From Nitrososphaeraceae archaeon (lineage in GTDB: Archaea > Thermoproteota > Nitrososphaeria > Nitrososphaerales > Nitrososphaeraceae), in assembly GCA_036769505.1 (NCBI GenBank), contig DAIPKY010000002.1, positions 22,235 through 86,234 on the forward strand: a stretch of DNA of 64,000 nt. Direction: 5' to 3'. The notes beneath the pieces were generated by a model. The model did no database searches. It saw nothing but the letters and a program-made list of their open reading frames with translations, and was not told where the DNA came from. A program made the position numbers and the translations under genes. Position 1 is the first letter of the stretch; every line of letters begins with the position of its first letter. Shown one piece after another: positions 20,609-30,782 of the stretch.

Positions 20609-21976
20609 TTAACCAAAACCAAATCTTCTCAACATGCCATGCATTTGTCTTCCTTTTGCTTGTTTCATCATAGTTTTTGAATTATTGTATTGTTTAATCA
20701 TATCTTTTACCTCATGTTCTGTAATTCCCGAACCTCGAGAAATTCTCTTTCTTCTAGCATCATTTATCATATTAGGATCTTTTTTCTCCGCTTTTGTCAT
20801 TGATTGTATTATAAATCTCCATTTTTCAATTTTTCCTTGTAATACCTCTAATTGATCGTCTTTTACCATTCCAGATAAGCCAGGTAAATTTTCTATGACA
20901 TTTCTAAATCCCATTTTATTAACATTTTCCATTTGAGAATAGAAATCCTCTATTGTCATTTTTCCTCCTAATAGCCTCTTCGCTTGAGTTTCATCTGCTT
21001 CTATCTCAAGTTTCTTAGCCATATCCAAAAGCGCTTTGATGTCGCCCATACCCAGCAATCGTCCAACAAATCGCGTTGGAGAGAATAGTTCTAAATCATC
21101 TATACGCTCGCCTGTGCCTATGAAAAAGATTTTTGCTCCTGTAACTGCGGAGGCAGCCAAAGCACCTCCCCCCTTTGCTGTGCCATCTAGTTTTGTTATA
21201 ACAATTCCTCCTATAGGGGCAGTATCATGAAATGCTTTTGCCTGACTATAAGCTTGCTGTCCGATGGTTCCATCTATAACTAAAAGAACCAAGGCCGGAT
21301 TCGTAACCTTGTTCATTTCATTCATTTCTTCCAGTAATGCAGATTCTTCTTTATGTCTCCCTGCCGTATCAATAACAATTACATCATAATCTTGCGATTT
21401 ATAATATTCTAATCCCCTTTTTACTATTGAAATTGGATCCTTATTTTCTTCTTCCCCATATACTTCAACTTTAATTTTTATACTATTCATTTTTAACTGT
21501 GTAAGAGCCCCCGGTCTCCAAGTATCGGCACCGATTATTGCTACCTTATAGCCGTGTCGTGTAAGCCATCTAGCAATTTTGACTGTACATGTAGTTTTGC
21601 CACTGCCCTGAATTCCCAACATCAATATTATATTTTTTTTACCTGGTTGGAAATTAAAAGAATCTTCTGGTATTGAGGTAGTTTTGTCTATATGGATAAT
21701 ATGGGTTCCTGTATAACCCAAGAGAGAAGAAATTTCATTATATAAAATCGTAATTATATGATCTTTTTTTGTTAAGCCTTTTGGAGGTTGTTCATTTAAT
21801 GCTCGCTCCTTAAGATTTTTTGTTATAGAAAGAACTTGTCTTACATTAACATCCGATTGTAATAACGATCTTTGAATATCCTTTGACAGTGAATCTATAA
21901 GTTCTTCGTTAATATCAGATGCCCCAACTATTTTCTTTAAAGCACTTCTTAACCCTGTCCTGAGATTATCTAACAT
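20609..21976 (-). CDS. srp54: signal recognition particle protein Srp54
   Basis: GIQGSGKTT, DTWRPGA, DTAGRH, TKLDGTAKGGG, Met-rich M domain. Confidence 0.97.
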   Translation of the reverse strand: MLDNLRTGLRSALKKIVGASDINEELIDSLSKDIQRSLLQSDVNVRQVLSITKNLKERALNEQPPKGLTKKDHIITILYNEISSLLGYTGTHIIHIDKTTSIPEDSFNFQPGKKNIILMLGIQGSGKTTCTVKIARWLTRHGYKVAIIGADTWRPGALTQLKMNSIKIKVEVYGEEENKDPISIVKRGLEYYKSQDYDVIVIDTAGRHKEESALLEEMNEMNKVTNPALVLLVIDGTIGQQAYSQAKAFHDTAPIGGIVITKLDGTAKGGGALAASAVTGAKIFFIGTGERIDDLELFSPTRFVGRLLGMGDIKALLDMAKKLEIEADETQAKRLLGGKMTIEDFYSQMENVNKMGFRNVIENLPGLSGMVKDDQLEVLQGKIEKWRFIIQSMTKAEKKDPNMINDARRKRISRGSGITEHEVKDMIKQYNNSKTMMKQAKGRQMHGMLRRFGFG

Positions 21977-22669
21977 TTACTTATCTAATAGAGATATATC
22001 CGATATTTCTACTATACCTCTTTGTCCATCCCAGTATATTTTTGAAGCTAAAATTTCTAATTTTTTTTTAAAAATGGGACAATCTAGAACTATTGTTTCT
22101 GCTTCCCCTCCTTCAAAAGAAAGGTTGAACCCGTATTTTTGACTTAGTCTAAACAATTCCTTCAAATTTGAATGATTTAGTATAATTCCAAGAAAATTAG
22201 CGTCAAGACCCATTGAAGATACACTTGTAATTTGTATAACAAAATTATTTTTTAGTAGATTATTCATGTAATCATATTCATCCATTTGCCATAATGGTGA
22301 AATGAGCTTCAAATTGTACTTTTCACAAACCCTGTTAAATTTATTTTTCTGAAAATTGGAACGTATACCACCATGAACAATTCCATCAATTTTATATTCA
22401 GTATAGGCCCGGCTAATTAATTCATCTAATTTGTTATATTCGTCATCTATAGAAGTTGAATTGAGTTTGTTTGTAAGAATGGGAATTTGTAATGCTTGAG
22501 ACTGTAAGTGTGTTGTCCAAATATTGGGAGAATGAAATAAATAACTTTCCGCAGAATGAGGGATTAAAGTTAGGAGACATTCAATAGATAATCCCCATTG
22601 TTTAGCCAAATATAAAGAATAAGTACTATCCTTCCCTCCTGAAAATAAGCATCCCACTCTCAAATACAA
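21977..22669 (-). CDS. diphthine--ammonia ligase family (Dph6)
   Basis: SGGKDS, SYLFH, PLWQ, EGGEAET. Confidence 0.88.
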   Translation of the reverse strand: MYLRVGCLFSGGKDSTYSLYLAKQWGLSIECLLTLIPHSAESYLFHSPNIWTTHLQSQALQIPILTNKLNSTSIDDEYNKLDELISRAYTEYKIDGIVHGGIRSNFQKNKFNRVCEKYNLKLISPLWQMDEYDYMNNLLKNNFVIQITSVSSMGLDANFLGIILNHSNLKELFRLSQKYGFNLSFEGGEAETIVLDCPIFKKKLEILASKIYWDGQRGIVEISDISLLDK

Positions 22670-22727
22670 AAATTATAATCAAGTACTAATATTTAATAAA
22701 ATATAAAATAAAAACAAGTTTCATTTC

Positions 22728-23015
22728 TTAATCATAATGAGACTGATGAGAATGAGAAGGTTCTGCAATTTCAGGAAATAAGGTCATTAATTTACTATGT
22801 TTTTCTAGGAAGTGTAATCCCATTATGGTAGTTTTATATAATCCACTAATTTCGGAATATTCAATTAGGCCCCTATTCATGGCCACGGATATGTAACGAA
22901 TAACTTGAGAATGAGATACACAGGCTTTGTTCATGATAGTGGTTTGATATTCCCAATTATCTTTTGCACTACGAAGAATTGCTGCAATTACTTCAATATC
23001 TGCCCGATTTTTCAT
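22728..23015 (-). CDS. winged-helix transcription regulator
   Basis: R-x-x-IEVIAAIL...TTIMNKACVS...YKTTIMG pattern of small archaeal wHTH regulators. Confidence 0.75.
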   Translation of the reverse strand: MKNRADIEVIAAILRSAKDNWEYQTTIMNKACVSHSQVIRYISVAMNRGLIEYSEISGLYKTTIMGLHFLEKHSKLMTLFPEIAEPSHSHQSHYD

Positions 23016-23303
23016 TTAAATACTCTTGCCTGCACTTCAATATGCTTGAAAAGACTCACTGATCTAGAATAAAAAAACAATTGACAATTAATAAAGACTA
23101 ATTTGGTTGAAAATTTATAACAATTATTTGATTATAAGTAATAACACCTCAGTAACTCATAATCTTCTTCATTTACAATGTATCAGACGGCTCTTCCTAT
23201 ACTTCATTGGTGTTTGTATAAGTTATTGTTACTTTACTAAATGTTAATAAAAACATTATGTAAATATCTTTCATTTTTATTATCCTTAACTTTTAGATTA
23301 CTC

Positions 23304-24360
23304 ATAAGATCTGCTAGAATCGTAAAAACCAATAATCCTCTTGTTATTGAAGATCGACCTGGCCTGAAGCCAAAGAATTCTCGAGTTTTAGTTAGAGTAA
23401 AATATGCTAGAATTTGCCATAATGATTTGCATTTATGAGGAGGGAGGTTATATGGGGGCGGGAGGTTAATTTATGAAGATAGAAGATCGGGGGAGTCACA
23501 TTCCCTTTAACCCCTGGCCATTAGGTTTCAGTAGTAGTTGAAGATAAAGGAGAATCCGTACTACAGTTTCAAAAAGGGGACAAAGTCTTAATATATCCTT
23601 GGATTGGTGATGAATTTTGTCATTCTTGTAAAGATGGTGATGAACACTTAGGCGAATCACCTAAAACTCTCGAAATATATCAAGATGGTGGATATGCAGA
23701 TTTAATTTTAGTTCCAAATTATAAGCATCTTATTAAACTAGAAGTTATAGATTTTAACTCATCTGCAGCTCTTGCACGTTCAGATTTAACAGCATATCCT
23801 TCAATCAAAAATTCCTTAGCAATGCCAGGAGAAAATCTTTTAATTATTAGTGCTGGAGGGTTAGGACTTGTGGCAGTTCAGATCGCCAAAGCAATTACGA
23901 ACTCCAATATTCTAATTATGGATGTAGATGACAAAAAATTAAAAGAGGCAAACAAGTTAGACGCAGATATTTCAATAAATTTCGCTTTCTTCCGACCCAG
24001 TCAAGACAGTAAAAAATTTAACCAATGGAAAGGGATGCGAAGTTTTAGTAGATTTTGTAAATAATTACCAAACAGGTCCAATTGTTATTGAAGTCTTAAG
24101 AAAAAGAGGGCGTTATATTATGTTAGGACTTTTTGGAGGATCATTAGAAAATTAAATTTGCGAATTGTTCCTCTTAGAGCGTTTAATATTACAGGTGCAT
24201 ACACAACATAGATATAATGATTTAGTTGAAGTGGTAGGTTTAGTTAAAAAAGGGAAAATTAATTCAGAAGTTTCAAAACATTCAAAATAAAAGAGGCTAA
24301 TCAAGCATTAGAGGACTTAAAAATCATAAAATTGTAGGGAGAGCTATTTTTAATCTGTGA
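23304..24360 (+). pseudogene. decayed Zn-dependent alcohol dehydrogenase (MDR family)
   Basis: Frame-hopping translation gives ICHNDLH, PLTPGH*, YPWIG...CHSC, DGGYAD, AGGLGL, ending IVGRAIFNL*; probable ATG>ATA start, several stops and frameshifts. Confidence 0.9.
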
Positions 24361-24368
24361 ACTGTGTA

Positions 24369-24530
24369 TCCCGCGAGCAGGATTTGCTCCATAATAACCA
24401 TATAGTTATTTTGTTTGAGCCTGCGACAATTCGGTTTCTGCTAAATGTGAGCCTGATAGGCTGAAAATACGGTTAGCTAAATAAGCCAACTACTACAGCC
24501 GAAAGCTCTACCAGGCTGAGCTATCGCGGG
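24369..24530 (-). tRNA. tRNA-Tyr(GTA) with two introns (37/38: 24436-24492; 58/59: 24384-24414)
   Basis: Acceptor CCCGCGA/TCGCGGG (C1-G72), D arm GCTC/GAGC, anticodon GTA at 24496-24494, BHB-like motifs at both introns. Confidence 0.9.
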
Positions 24531-24594
24531 ATAAATCGATTGAGATATTTATTATATATAATTGTGTCTCAAAAGAAAGATAACACAACCATCA

Positions 24595-25590
24595 CTATAA
24601 GAGATATTTTGAAATGTTTAATGAAGAATAAGATATTATCATATCAGCACCAGAACGTTTAAGCGCTGCGATCAAGTTTAAAATAAACCAAGTTTCGTCC
24701 AATAAGCCAAATCTAGCGGCTGCTTTTATCATAGAATATTCTCCTGACACCACCTGAACAACTAATGGTAACTTACAAATTTTTTTAATTCTATATATTA
24801 GGTCAAGAGATGACATTGCTGGTTTGATCATAACCATATTTGACCCTTCATAAATATCCATTTCGATTTCTCTTTCTATTTGTCGTGGATTATAGAATGG
24901 TACCTGATATGTAGATTTATCTATTTCATTGGCAGAGATATGAAAAAAAGTTTCAGATCTGAATGGTTTGTACAAGGAAGAAGATTGTTTTGCAGAAAAA
25001 GAGAGAATTTTTATTTTCTTATAACCATTAGTGTCTAGTTTTTCTTTGATTCTTTGAACTTGTCCATCCATCATGGAGGAAGGAGCCACAATATTTACTC
25101 CTGACATTGCATGACTTAGTGCAATATCGGATAATAGTTCAGTTGTCAAGTCGTTAACAACAACGTTTTTACCCTTTTTTAATAATCCACAATGACCAGT
25201 CTTATTATATTGACAGATACATACATCAGTTATAGTAGTAATTTTGGTTCCAAAATTTGAATTTATCAATCTCAAAGCTTTTTGTACTATGCCATTGTTG
25301 GAAGATGCTGAAGTAGCCATATTATTTCGTAGTCGTGGTATCCCAAAAAGTATCACAGAATGTATTCCACTTTCAACAATTTTTTCTAAGGATTGGACAA
25401 GATCTTTATATGGAACTTTAAAAAATCCTGGCATCACATTTAATTCTTGAAATTTATCATTTTCATCAACAAATAAGGGAAAAATCATATCCTTTTTACA
25501 TAAACCATAGCTTTTTGAAAATTCATAATAATTATCTTTATCATCTAGCATTTTTTTCTTTTCAATTATTGTTCCATGAAATCTAATCAT
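24595..25590 (-). CDS. hemB: porphobilinogen synthase
   Basis: DVCICQY...GHCG Zn site, APSSMMDG, MIKP, VSGEYSMIKAA. Confidence 0.92.
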   Translation of the reverse strand: MIRFHGTIIEKKKMLDDKDNYYEFSKSYGLCKKDMIFPLFVDENDKFQELNVMPGFFKVPYKDLVQSLEKIVESGIHSVILFGIPRLRNNMATSASSNNGIVQKALRLINSNFGTKITTITDVCICQYNKTGHCGLLKKGKNVVVNDLTTELLSDIALSHAMSGVNIVAPSSMMDGQVQRIKEKLDTNGYKKIKILSFSAKQSSSLYKPFRSETFFHISANEIDKSTYQVPFYNPRQIEREIEMDIYEGSNMVMIKPAMSSLDLIYRIKKICKLPLVVQVVSGEYSMIKAAARFGLLDETWFILNLIAALKRSGADMIISYSSLNISKYLL

Positions 25591-26270
25591 TTATTATTTG
25601 AATTTTTCATAGTATCATCATCGTCATTGTTTAATGTCCATGGAAACCATCTACCAATAATCTTTCCCCAGTCAATTCGGAGATATAAAAAAATTATCAA
25701 TATTAATATGCTAATACTAACCCCCACACCTATATACAGATAAATAGGATCTGTATTTTCGGAAGTCAATACTTCGACAACGGGTCTGCCTAAAAGAACA
25801 CTACCAAATACAATAAACTCATTAAGAATGAACTTTCCTGAAAGAGTAGCTATAGCAAATTTGGCTGGATTGTATTTTGCTAAGCCAAGGGGAATATAAA
25901 CAAGGTCGTCAGGAATTGGAGTCAATGCTGCAGCAAAGGCACCCGGCCAACCATATTTAGACAAAAGTTTTTGGAGGGGAAGCATTCTTTTTTTCGTTTT
26001 AGAGCTTAATATATTTCGTCCGTAGTAGCTTATGTAAAAAATTATTAATTTAGCTATGACTGCGCCGACTGCACTAAAAAGAGAAACCAAATGTGGATCA
26101 AGGTTTTGGTTAATGCCTGCAGTAAATAATACCGGGAAATAAGGAACAGGGATAAATACAATGATACTAGCAAAAAACGTAATAATTAAGATTCCAAAAT
26201 ATCTCCCTACGTTTCCATACTCTTCATATCCTCCGTCAAAAAAAGTGAGTATATCATTAATGCCATCCAA
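25587..26270 (-). CDS. VTT/DedA (SNARE-associated) membrane protein
   Basis: PVPY, YYGR, ALTPIPDD, GK; hydrophobic helices. Confidence 0.8.
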   Translation of the reverse strand: MDGINDILTFFDGGYEEYGNVGRYFGILIITFFASIIVFIPVPYFPVLFTAGINQNLDPHLVSLFSAVGAVIAKLIIFYISYYGRNILSSKTKKRMLPLQKLLSKYGWPGAFAAALTPIPDDLVYIPLGLAKYNPAKFAIATLSGKFILNEFIVFGSVLLGRPVVEVLTSENTDPIYLYIGVGVSISILILIIFLYLRIDWGKIIGRWFPWTLNNDDDDTMKNSNNK

Positions 26271-26390
26271 ATATTGAGACTCCTCTCTGTTTATATTTTG
26301 AGTAATTTAAGTCAATAATTTTAATTAAATATCCAGGAAATGGAATTATAATTTACAGGAATCATGTTAGAACTCAAGAAAGTAAATTCG

Positions 26391-27839
26391 TTAATATGAT
26401 TTAGCAAATATTACTGTCTTATTAGAATGTTCATTACAATAAATACATTTGTTCTCTAAGGTATAGTTCTCAAAGGGAATCAGACGGATATCGGCACCTG
26501 TCTCATTTTTTATGCTATTTTCACATTCTTCTTTTTCACACCAATCTGCTAAGATAAAACCTCCCTTTTCATTTAAGATTTTCTTCATTTCGTCATAGTT
26601 CGAAATTTTTACGATACTATTATCGAGCATAGTCTTAGCCTTTTCAAATAAGGATTTTTGGATTTGATGTAAATAAACATGTACAGAATTACTACAGGTT
26701 TCTCTTTTAATTAGACTTTTTTCCCCTGTATCTCTCCTAACAATCTCTAAATTTCTATTATTTATGTCCCGTAACCCAATATTGATTCTCAGCGGTACTC
26801 CTTTAACCTCCCAATCATTGAATTTCCATCCTGCGGTATATCCTTCTCTATCATCAAAAATAACCCTGAAACCTAGATTATTTAGTTCAACAAATAGTTT
26901 TTTAGATTCTTCAATAACTATATCTCGGTCTTTATTCTTAAAGATAGGCACTATCACCAATTGAATCGGAGCAATATTTGGCGGTAAAATTATTCCTTTA
27001 TTGTCACCATGAATCATAATCAATGCTCCTATCACTCTCCAAGAAATTCCCCATGAGGTTTGCCAAGCAAAATACTGTTTAGAATCTCTGCCTAGAAAAC
27101 GAATTTCAAATGGCTTTGAAAAATTCTGACCTAGATTATGAGAAGTAGCCATTTGTAATGCTTTTCCATCAGGCATCAATGATTCGAGGGTGTTAGTATA
27201 GACAGCTCCGACAAATTTTTCTTTATCGCTTTTGCGTCCTTTGAGAATTGGAATAGCCAGCAAGTTTTCTAAAATATAATGGTAATAGTTAAGGATCAAC
27301 AGAACTTCTTCTTCAGCTTCTTTTTGATTTTCATGGACAGTATGTCCTTCTTGCCACAGAAATTCAGAGTTTCTAATAAAAGGTTTAGTAGCTTTAATTT
27401 CAGCACGTAATGCTGAATTCCAAAAATTCATTTTCAAAGGAAGATCCCTATAACTCATTATCCATTTAGAAAATATTTGATAGGCGAGAGTTTCTGAAGT
27501 GGGCCGTACCGCTAACTTGTCAGTTAAATTAGTCTCTCCTGCTTTCGTGACCCAAAACACCTCTGGAGTAAATCCATTAAAATGGTCTTTCTCTTTAGCT
27601 AAGAGATTTTCTGGGATAAGAATAGGTAAGAAGCCATTTTGATGTCCTGATTCCTTTAATTTTTTATCTAAAGATTCCGTTATAATTTCCCATATTCTAT
27701 ATCCGTATGGTTTAAGTACAATGAATCCTTTAACAGGCGAATAATCGATTAACCCGGCTTTGGTCACTAATTGTGTATACCATTCACTAAAATCAACTTC
27801 TTTTCTAGTTGTTATTCCAATCTCTTTTTGTTCTGTCAA
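26391..27839 (-). CDS. proS: proline--tRNA ligase (archaeal/eukaryotic type)
   Basis: FSEWY, RPTSE, EFLWQEGHT, SHNLGQNF, QTSWG, C-terminal KSY. Confidence 0.97.
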   Translation of the reverse strand: MTEQKEIGITTRKEVDFSEWYTQLVTKAGLIDYSPVKGFIVLKPYGYRIWEIITESLDKKLKESGHQNGFLPILIPENLLAKEKDHFNGFTPEVFWVTKAGETNLTDKLAVRPTSETLAYQIFSKWIMSYRDLPLKMNFWNSALRAEIKATKPFIRNSEFLWQEGHTVHENQKEAEEEVLLILNYYHYILENLLAIPILKGRKSDKEKFVGAVYTNTLESLMPDGKALQMATSHNLGQNFSKPFEIRFLGRDSKQYFAWQTSWGISWRVIGALIMIHGDNKGIILPPNIAPIQLVIVPIFKNKDRDIVIEESKKLFVELNNLGFRVIFDDREGYTAGWKFNDWEVKGVPLRINIGLRDINNRNLEIVRRDTGEKSLIKRETCSNSVHVYLHQIQKSLFEKAKTMLDNSIVKISNYDEMKKILNEKGGFILADWCEKEECENSIKNETGADIRLIPFENYTLENKCIYCNEHSNKTVIFAKSY

Positions 27840-27866
27840 AAAAATCCCTTATAATGAATCTAATAG

Positions 27867-28169
27867 TTATAATGGCTCACCACGACAATAAACCTGTCCA
27901 GATATCCTACTATGAAAATTCTTGCATACATAACAGGGGATAAATGATATTTCTCTTTGAAGAACAGGACAATCTACAGACTCCATTTTCATTCTTTTTA
28001 GCATTTTAGGACTAACGCCTTTTAATTTAAGTTTTCCTTTTTCATCCATCATTCCAATACTCTTTAATTCATTTTTGACCTCATCGCTAAGTCGTGTGGC
28101 TGTATCCGATAACTTAATTGGCACTATGAATTTTGTATTGGTCTCAGTTAGAGAATTAGGTTCACTCAT
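27867..28169 (-). CDS. hypothetical protein with C-terminal Cys cluster
   Basis: CP...CYVC...C at C-terminus. Confidence 0.7.
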   Translation of the reverse strand: MSEPNSLTETNTKFIVPIKLSDTATRLSDEVKNELKSIGMMDEKGKLKLKGVSPKMLKRMKMESVDCPVLQREISFIPCYVCKNFHSRISGQVYCRGEPL

Positions 28170-28255
28170 ATATTCATATACTATTGATATAATATATGAT
28201 GTTTCCTATCTCCCATAAAAATTAAAGATAAATTACTTTACTAATTGATATAATA

Positions 28256-29464
28256 ATGATGAATTCAGAAACTTCTTTTTCGATTAAAGACGGCTCTATA
28301 TCTGAAATTCTGGAAAGATATCAAACTAAAATGACTCTTTCTAAAGATGATGCTCTTGCTCTTTTGGAATCTAATGACCTCCTATCTATATTTAAACTTT
28401 CAGCCTCTTTAAAAACAAGGTTTAAAAAAGATATTATTACTTATTCTAGGAAAATCTTTATTAATATAACAAATTTGTGTAGAGATTATTGTTCTTATTG
28501 TACCTATAGAAAAAATCCAATGGAATCATCTTCAATTATGATGAAACCGGCTGAAGTGCTTCATTTATCTAAAATTGGAAAAAAATACAACTGTACTGAA
28601 GCGTTGATTGTTGCAGGAGAAAGACCCGAAGAGAGATATACAGAAGCAAAATTATGGCTAAGGCAATTAGGCTATTCTTCTCTCGTAGAATATGTAATTG
28701 ATATATCTGAAAAAATTGTAAAAGATACCGGCTTATTACCTCATTCTAATCTTGGTATTATTACAAAAGAAGAAATGAAATTGCTAAAGGTGTTTAATGT
28801 AAGTCTTGGCTTGATGCTTGAATCTTCTAGTGAAAAATTGCTAGAAAAGGGCATGTCCCATGAATTTGCACCCAGTAAAAACCCTAGGAAGAGGATCGAG
28901 GTAATTAAGAACGCGGGGAAAATGAAAATTCCCTTAACTACTGGCCTACTTATAGGGATTGGGGAAACTAGAGAAGAAATAATAAATGATTTGTTTCTTT
29001 TAAAAAGTATCAATAATGAATTTGAGAACATTCAGGAAATAATTTTGCAGAATTTTCAGCCTAAAAGAAATACTAGAATGGAAGCTTTTCCTTCTCCTAA
29101 TAATGACTATTTCTTAAAAATAGTTTCAATTGCAAGATTAATCCTGCCGGATATGAATATTCAAATTCCTCCTAACCTATCTCCCAAAAGTTTTAGTTCT
29201 TTCATAGATGCAGGCATTAATGATTGGGGAGGAATTTCTCCTGTAACAGTCGATCATGTAAATCCTGAATTTCCATGGCCAAAGATAGAAGAGCTAAAAA
29301 ATATCACTGAATCAAAGCATCAGCGGCTTAGGGCAAGATTACCCGTCTATCCAGAATTTATAGACAAACAGGACTTTATTTCTTCTCATTTACGAAATTA
29401 TGTAGAAAACTTTATTGGCTTAGATGGATTAGTGAAAGAGGAACATTTAGTTGAATTTAGATAG
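28256..29464 (+). CDS. cofG: FO synthase subunit 1 (radical SAM)
   Basis: TYSR, CRDYCSYC, LLPHSNLG, QEIILQNF, QIPPNL, DWGGISP...NPE. Confidence 0.93.
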   Translation: MMNSETSFSIKDGSISEILERYQTKMTLSKDDALALLESNDLLSIFKLSASLKTRFKKDIITYSRKIFINITNLCRDYCSYCTYRKNPMESSSIMMKPAEVLHLSKIGKKYNCTEALIVAGERPEERYTEAKLWLRQLGYSSLVEYVIDISEKIVKDTGLLPHSNLGIITKEEMKLLKVFNVSLGLMLESSSEKLLEKGMSHEFAPSKNPRKRIEVIKNAGKMKIPLTTGLLIGIGETREEIINDLFLLKSINNEFENIQEIILQNFQPKRNTRMEAFPSPNNDYFLKIVSIARLILPDMNIQIPPNLSPKSFSSFIDAGINDWGGISPVTVDHVNPEFPWPKIEELKNITESKHQRLRARLPVYPEFIDKQDFISSHLRNYVENFIGLDGLVKEEHLVEFR

Positions 29465-30695
29465 TATAATAAAAAACATCGATCCGGTTATTTCCGATAT
29501 ATTGAATAGAGTAATTGATGGAAATCACATATCAGAAGATGAAACTACAGAACTATTCAATTCTACCGGAATCGAATTGAATTTAATTGTAATTGTTGCT
29601 AATCATCTTTGTAAAAGAAAAAAAAGAGATATTGTAACATATGTTATAAATCGAAATATAAATTTTACAAATGTTTGTATCAAAAGATGTGGTTTTTGTG
29701 CGTTTAGTAGAGACTTTAGAGAAGAAGAAGGATACGTTTTACCTATTGCAGAAATAGTAAGAAGAGCAAAAGAAGCTGAAAAATTTGGTGCTACCGAGGT
29801 TTGTATTCAAGCAGGACTTCCTCCAAGAATGGATGGCATGTTATATGTCGATATATGTAATGCTATTAAAAAGGAGATACCTGATATTCATATTCATGCT
29901 TTTTCACCTGAGGAAATTCTATACGGGGCAAAAAGATCTGGTATCGCAGTGGAAGATTATTTAAAAATGCTTAAAGAAGCAGGCTTAGGAAGTATACCTG
30001 GTACTGCTGCTGAAATATTAGATCAGGAAATAAGAGACAAAATTTCCCCAGGTAGAATTGGTGTAGAAGACTGGATAAAAGTAGTTAAATGTGCTCATTC
30101 ACTTGGAATTACTTCCACCTCTACTATTATGTATGGTCATATAGAAACTTATAAACATATTACCAAACATCTAAGTATACTCAAAAAAATTCAGAAAGAA
30201 ACTAGAGGATTTACAGAATTTGTCCCTTTGAGTTTCGTACATAATGAGGCACCAATGTATAATAGAAATCTCATTGATGGTATTAGAAATGGACCTACTG
30301 GAGTTGAAGTCTTAAAAATGCATGCAATTGCAAGAATTTTTTTTAATAACCTAATTGACAATATCCAAGTTTCATGGGTAAAGGAAGGACCACGCATGGG
30401 ACAGATCTTATTGGATGCAGGCGCTAACGATTTTGGTGGAACATTAATCAATGAAAGCATTTCAACATCGGCTGGAGCCTCTTTTGGACAGCTATTAAAA
30501 CCTAAAGATATTAGAAATATAATACATACAGTGGGCAAAATACCCGCTCAACGTAAGTCCAACTATCAAATTATCAAAACATTTTCAAATGATGATTATT
30601 TTGATAATGAATTACTAGATATGTCTGATTCGCAGGATTTTGGATCATATCAAGAATTAATAAAAATGGATCGCTTTAGGTTCAAAAAAACCTGA
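29451..30695 (+). CDS. cofH: FO synthase subunit 2 (radical SAM)
   Basis: NRNINFTNVCIKRCGFCAF, PGTAAEIL, EFVPL, NIQVSWVKEG. Confidence 0.93.
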   Translation: MNLDSIIKNIDPVISDILNRVIDGNHISEDETTELFNSTGIELNLIVIVANHLCKRKKRDIVTYVINRNINFTNVCIKRCGFCAFSRDFREEEGYVLPIAEIVRRAKEAEKFGATEVCIQAGLPPRMDGMLYVDICNAIKKEIPDIHIHAFSPEEILYGAKRSGIAVEDYLKMLKEAGLGSIPGTAAEILDQEIRDKISPGRIGVEDWIKVVKCAHSLGITSTSTIMYGHIETYKHITKHLSILKKIQKETRGFTEFVPLSFVHNEAPMYNRNLIDGIRNGPTGVEVLKMHAIARIFFNNLIDNIQVSWVKEGPRMGQILLDAGANDFGGTLINESISTSAGASFGQLLKPKDIRNIIHTVGKIPAQRKSNYQIIKTFSNDDYFDNELLDMSDSQDFGSYQELIKMDRFRFKKT

Positions 30696-30782
30696 CCTAG
30701 GGTAGGTGAACCAATTTTTACATTTGTTTTATTGGTAAGATTTATCAATAGTAAAACATGACCATTAACTCTGTATCTATTA

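Noticed and set aside
23241..24064. ORFs 23241..23438 and 23822..24064 as separate genes
   Set aside because: Fragments of one ADH pseudogene; too many lesions for programmed frameshifting or stop readthrough
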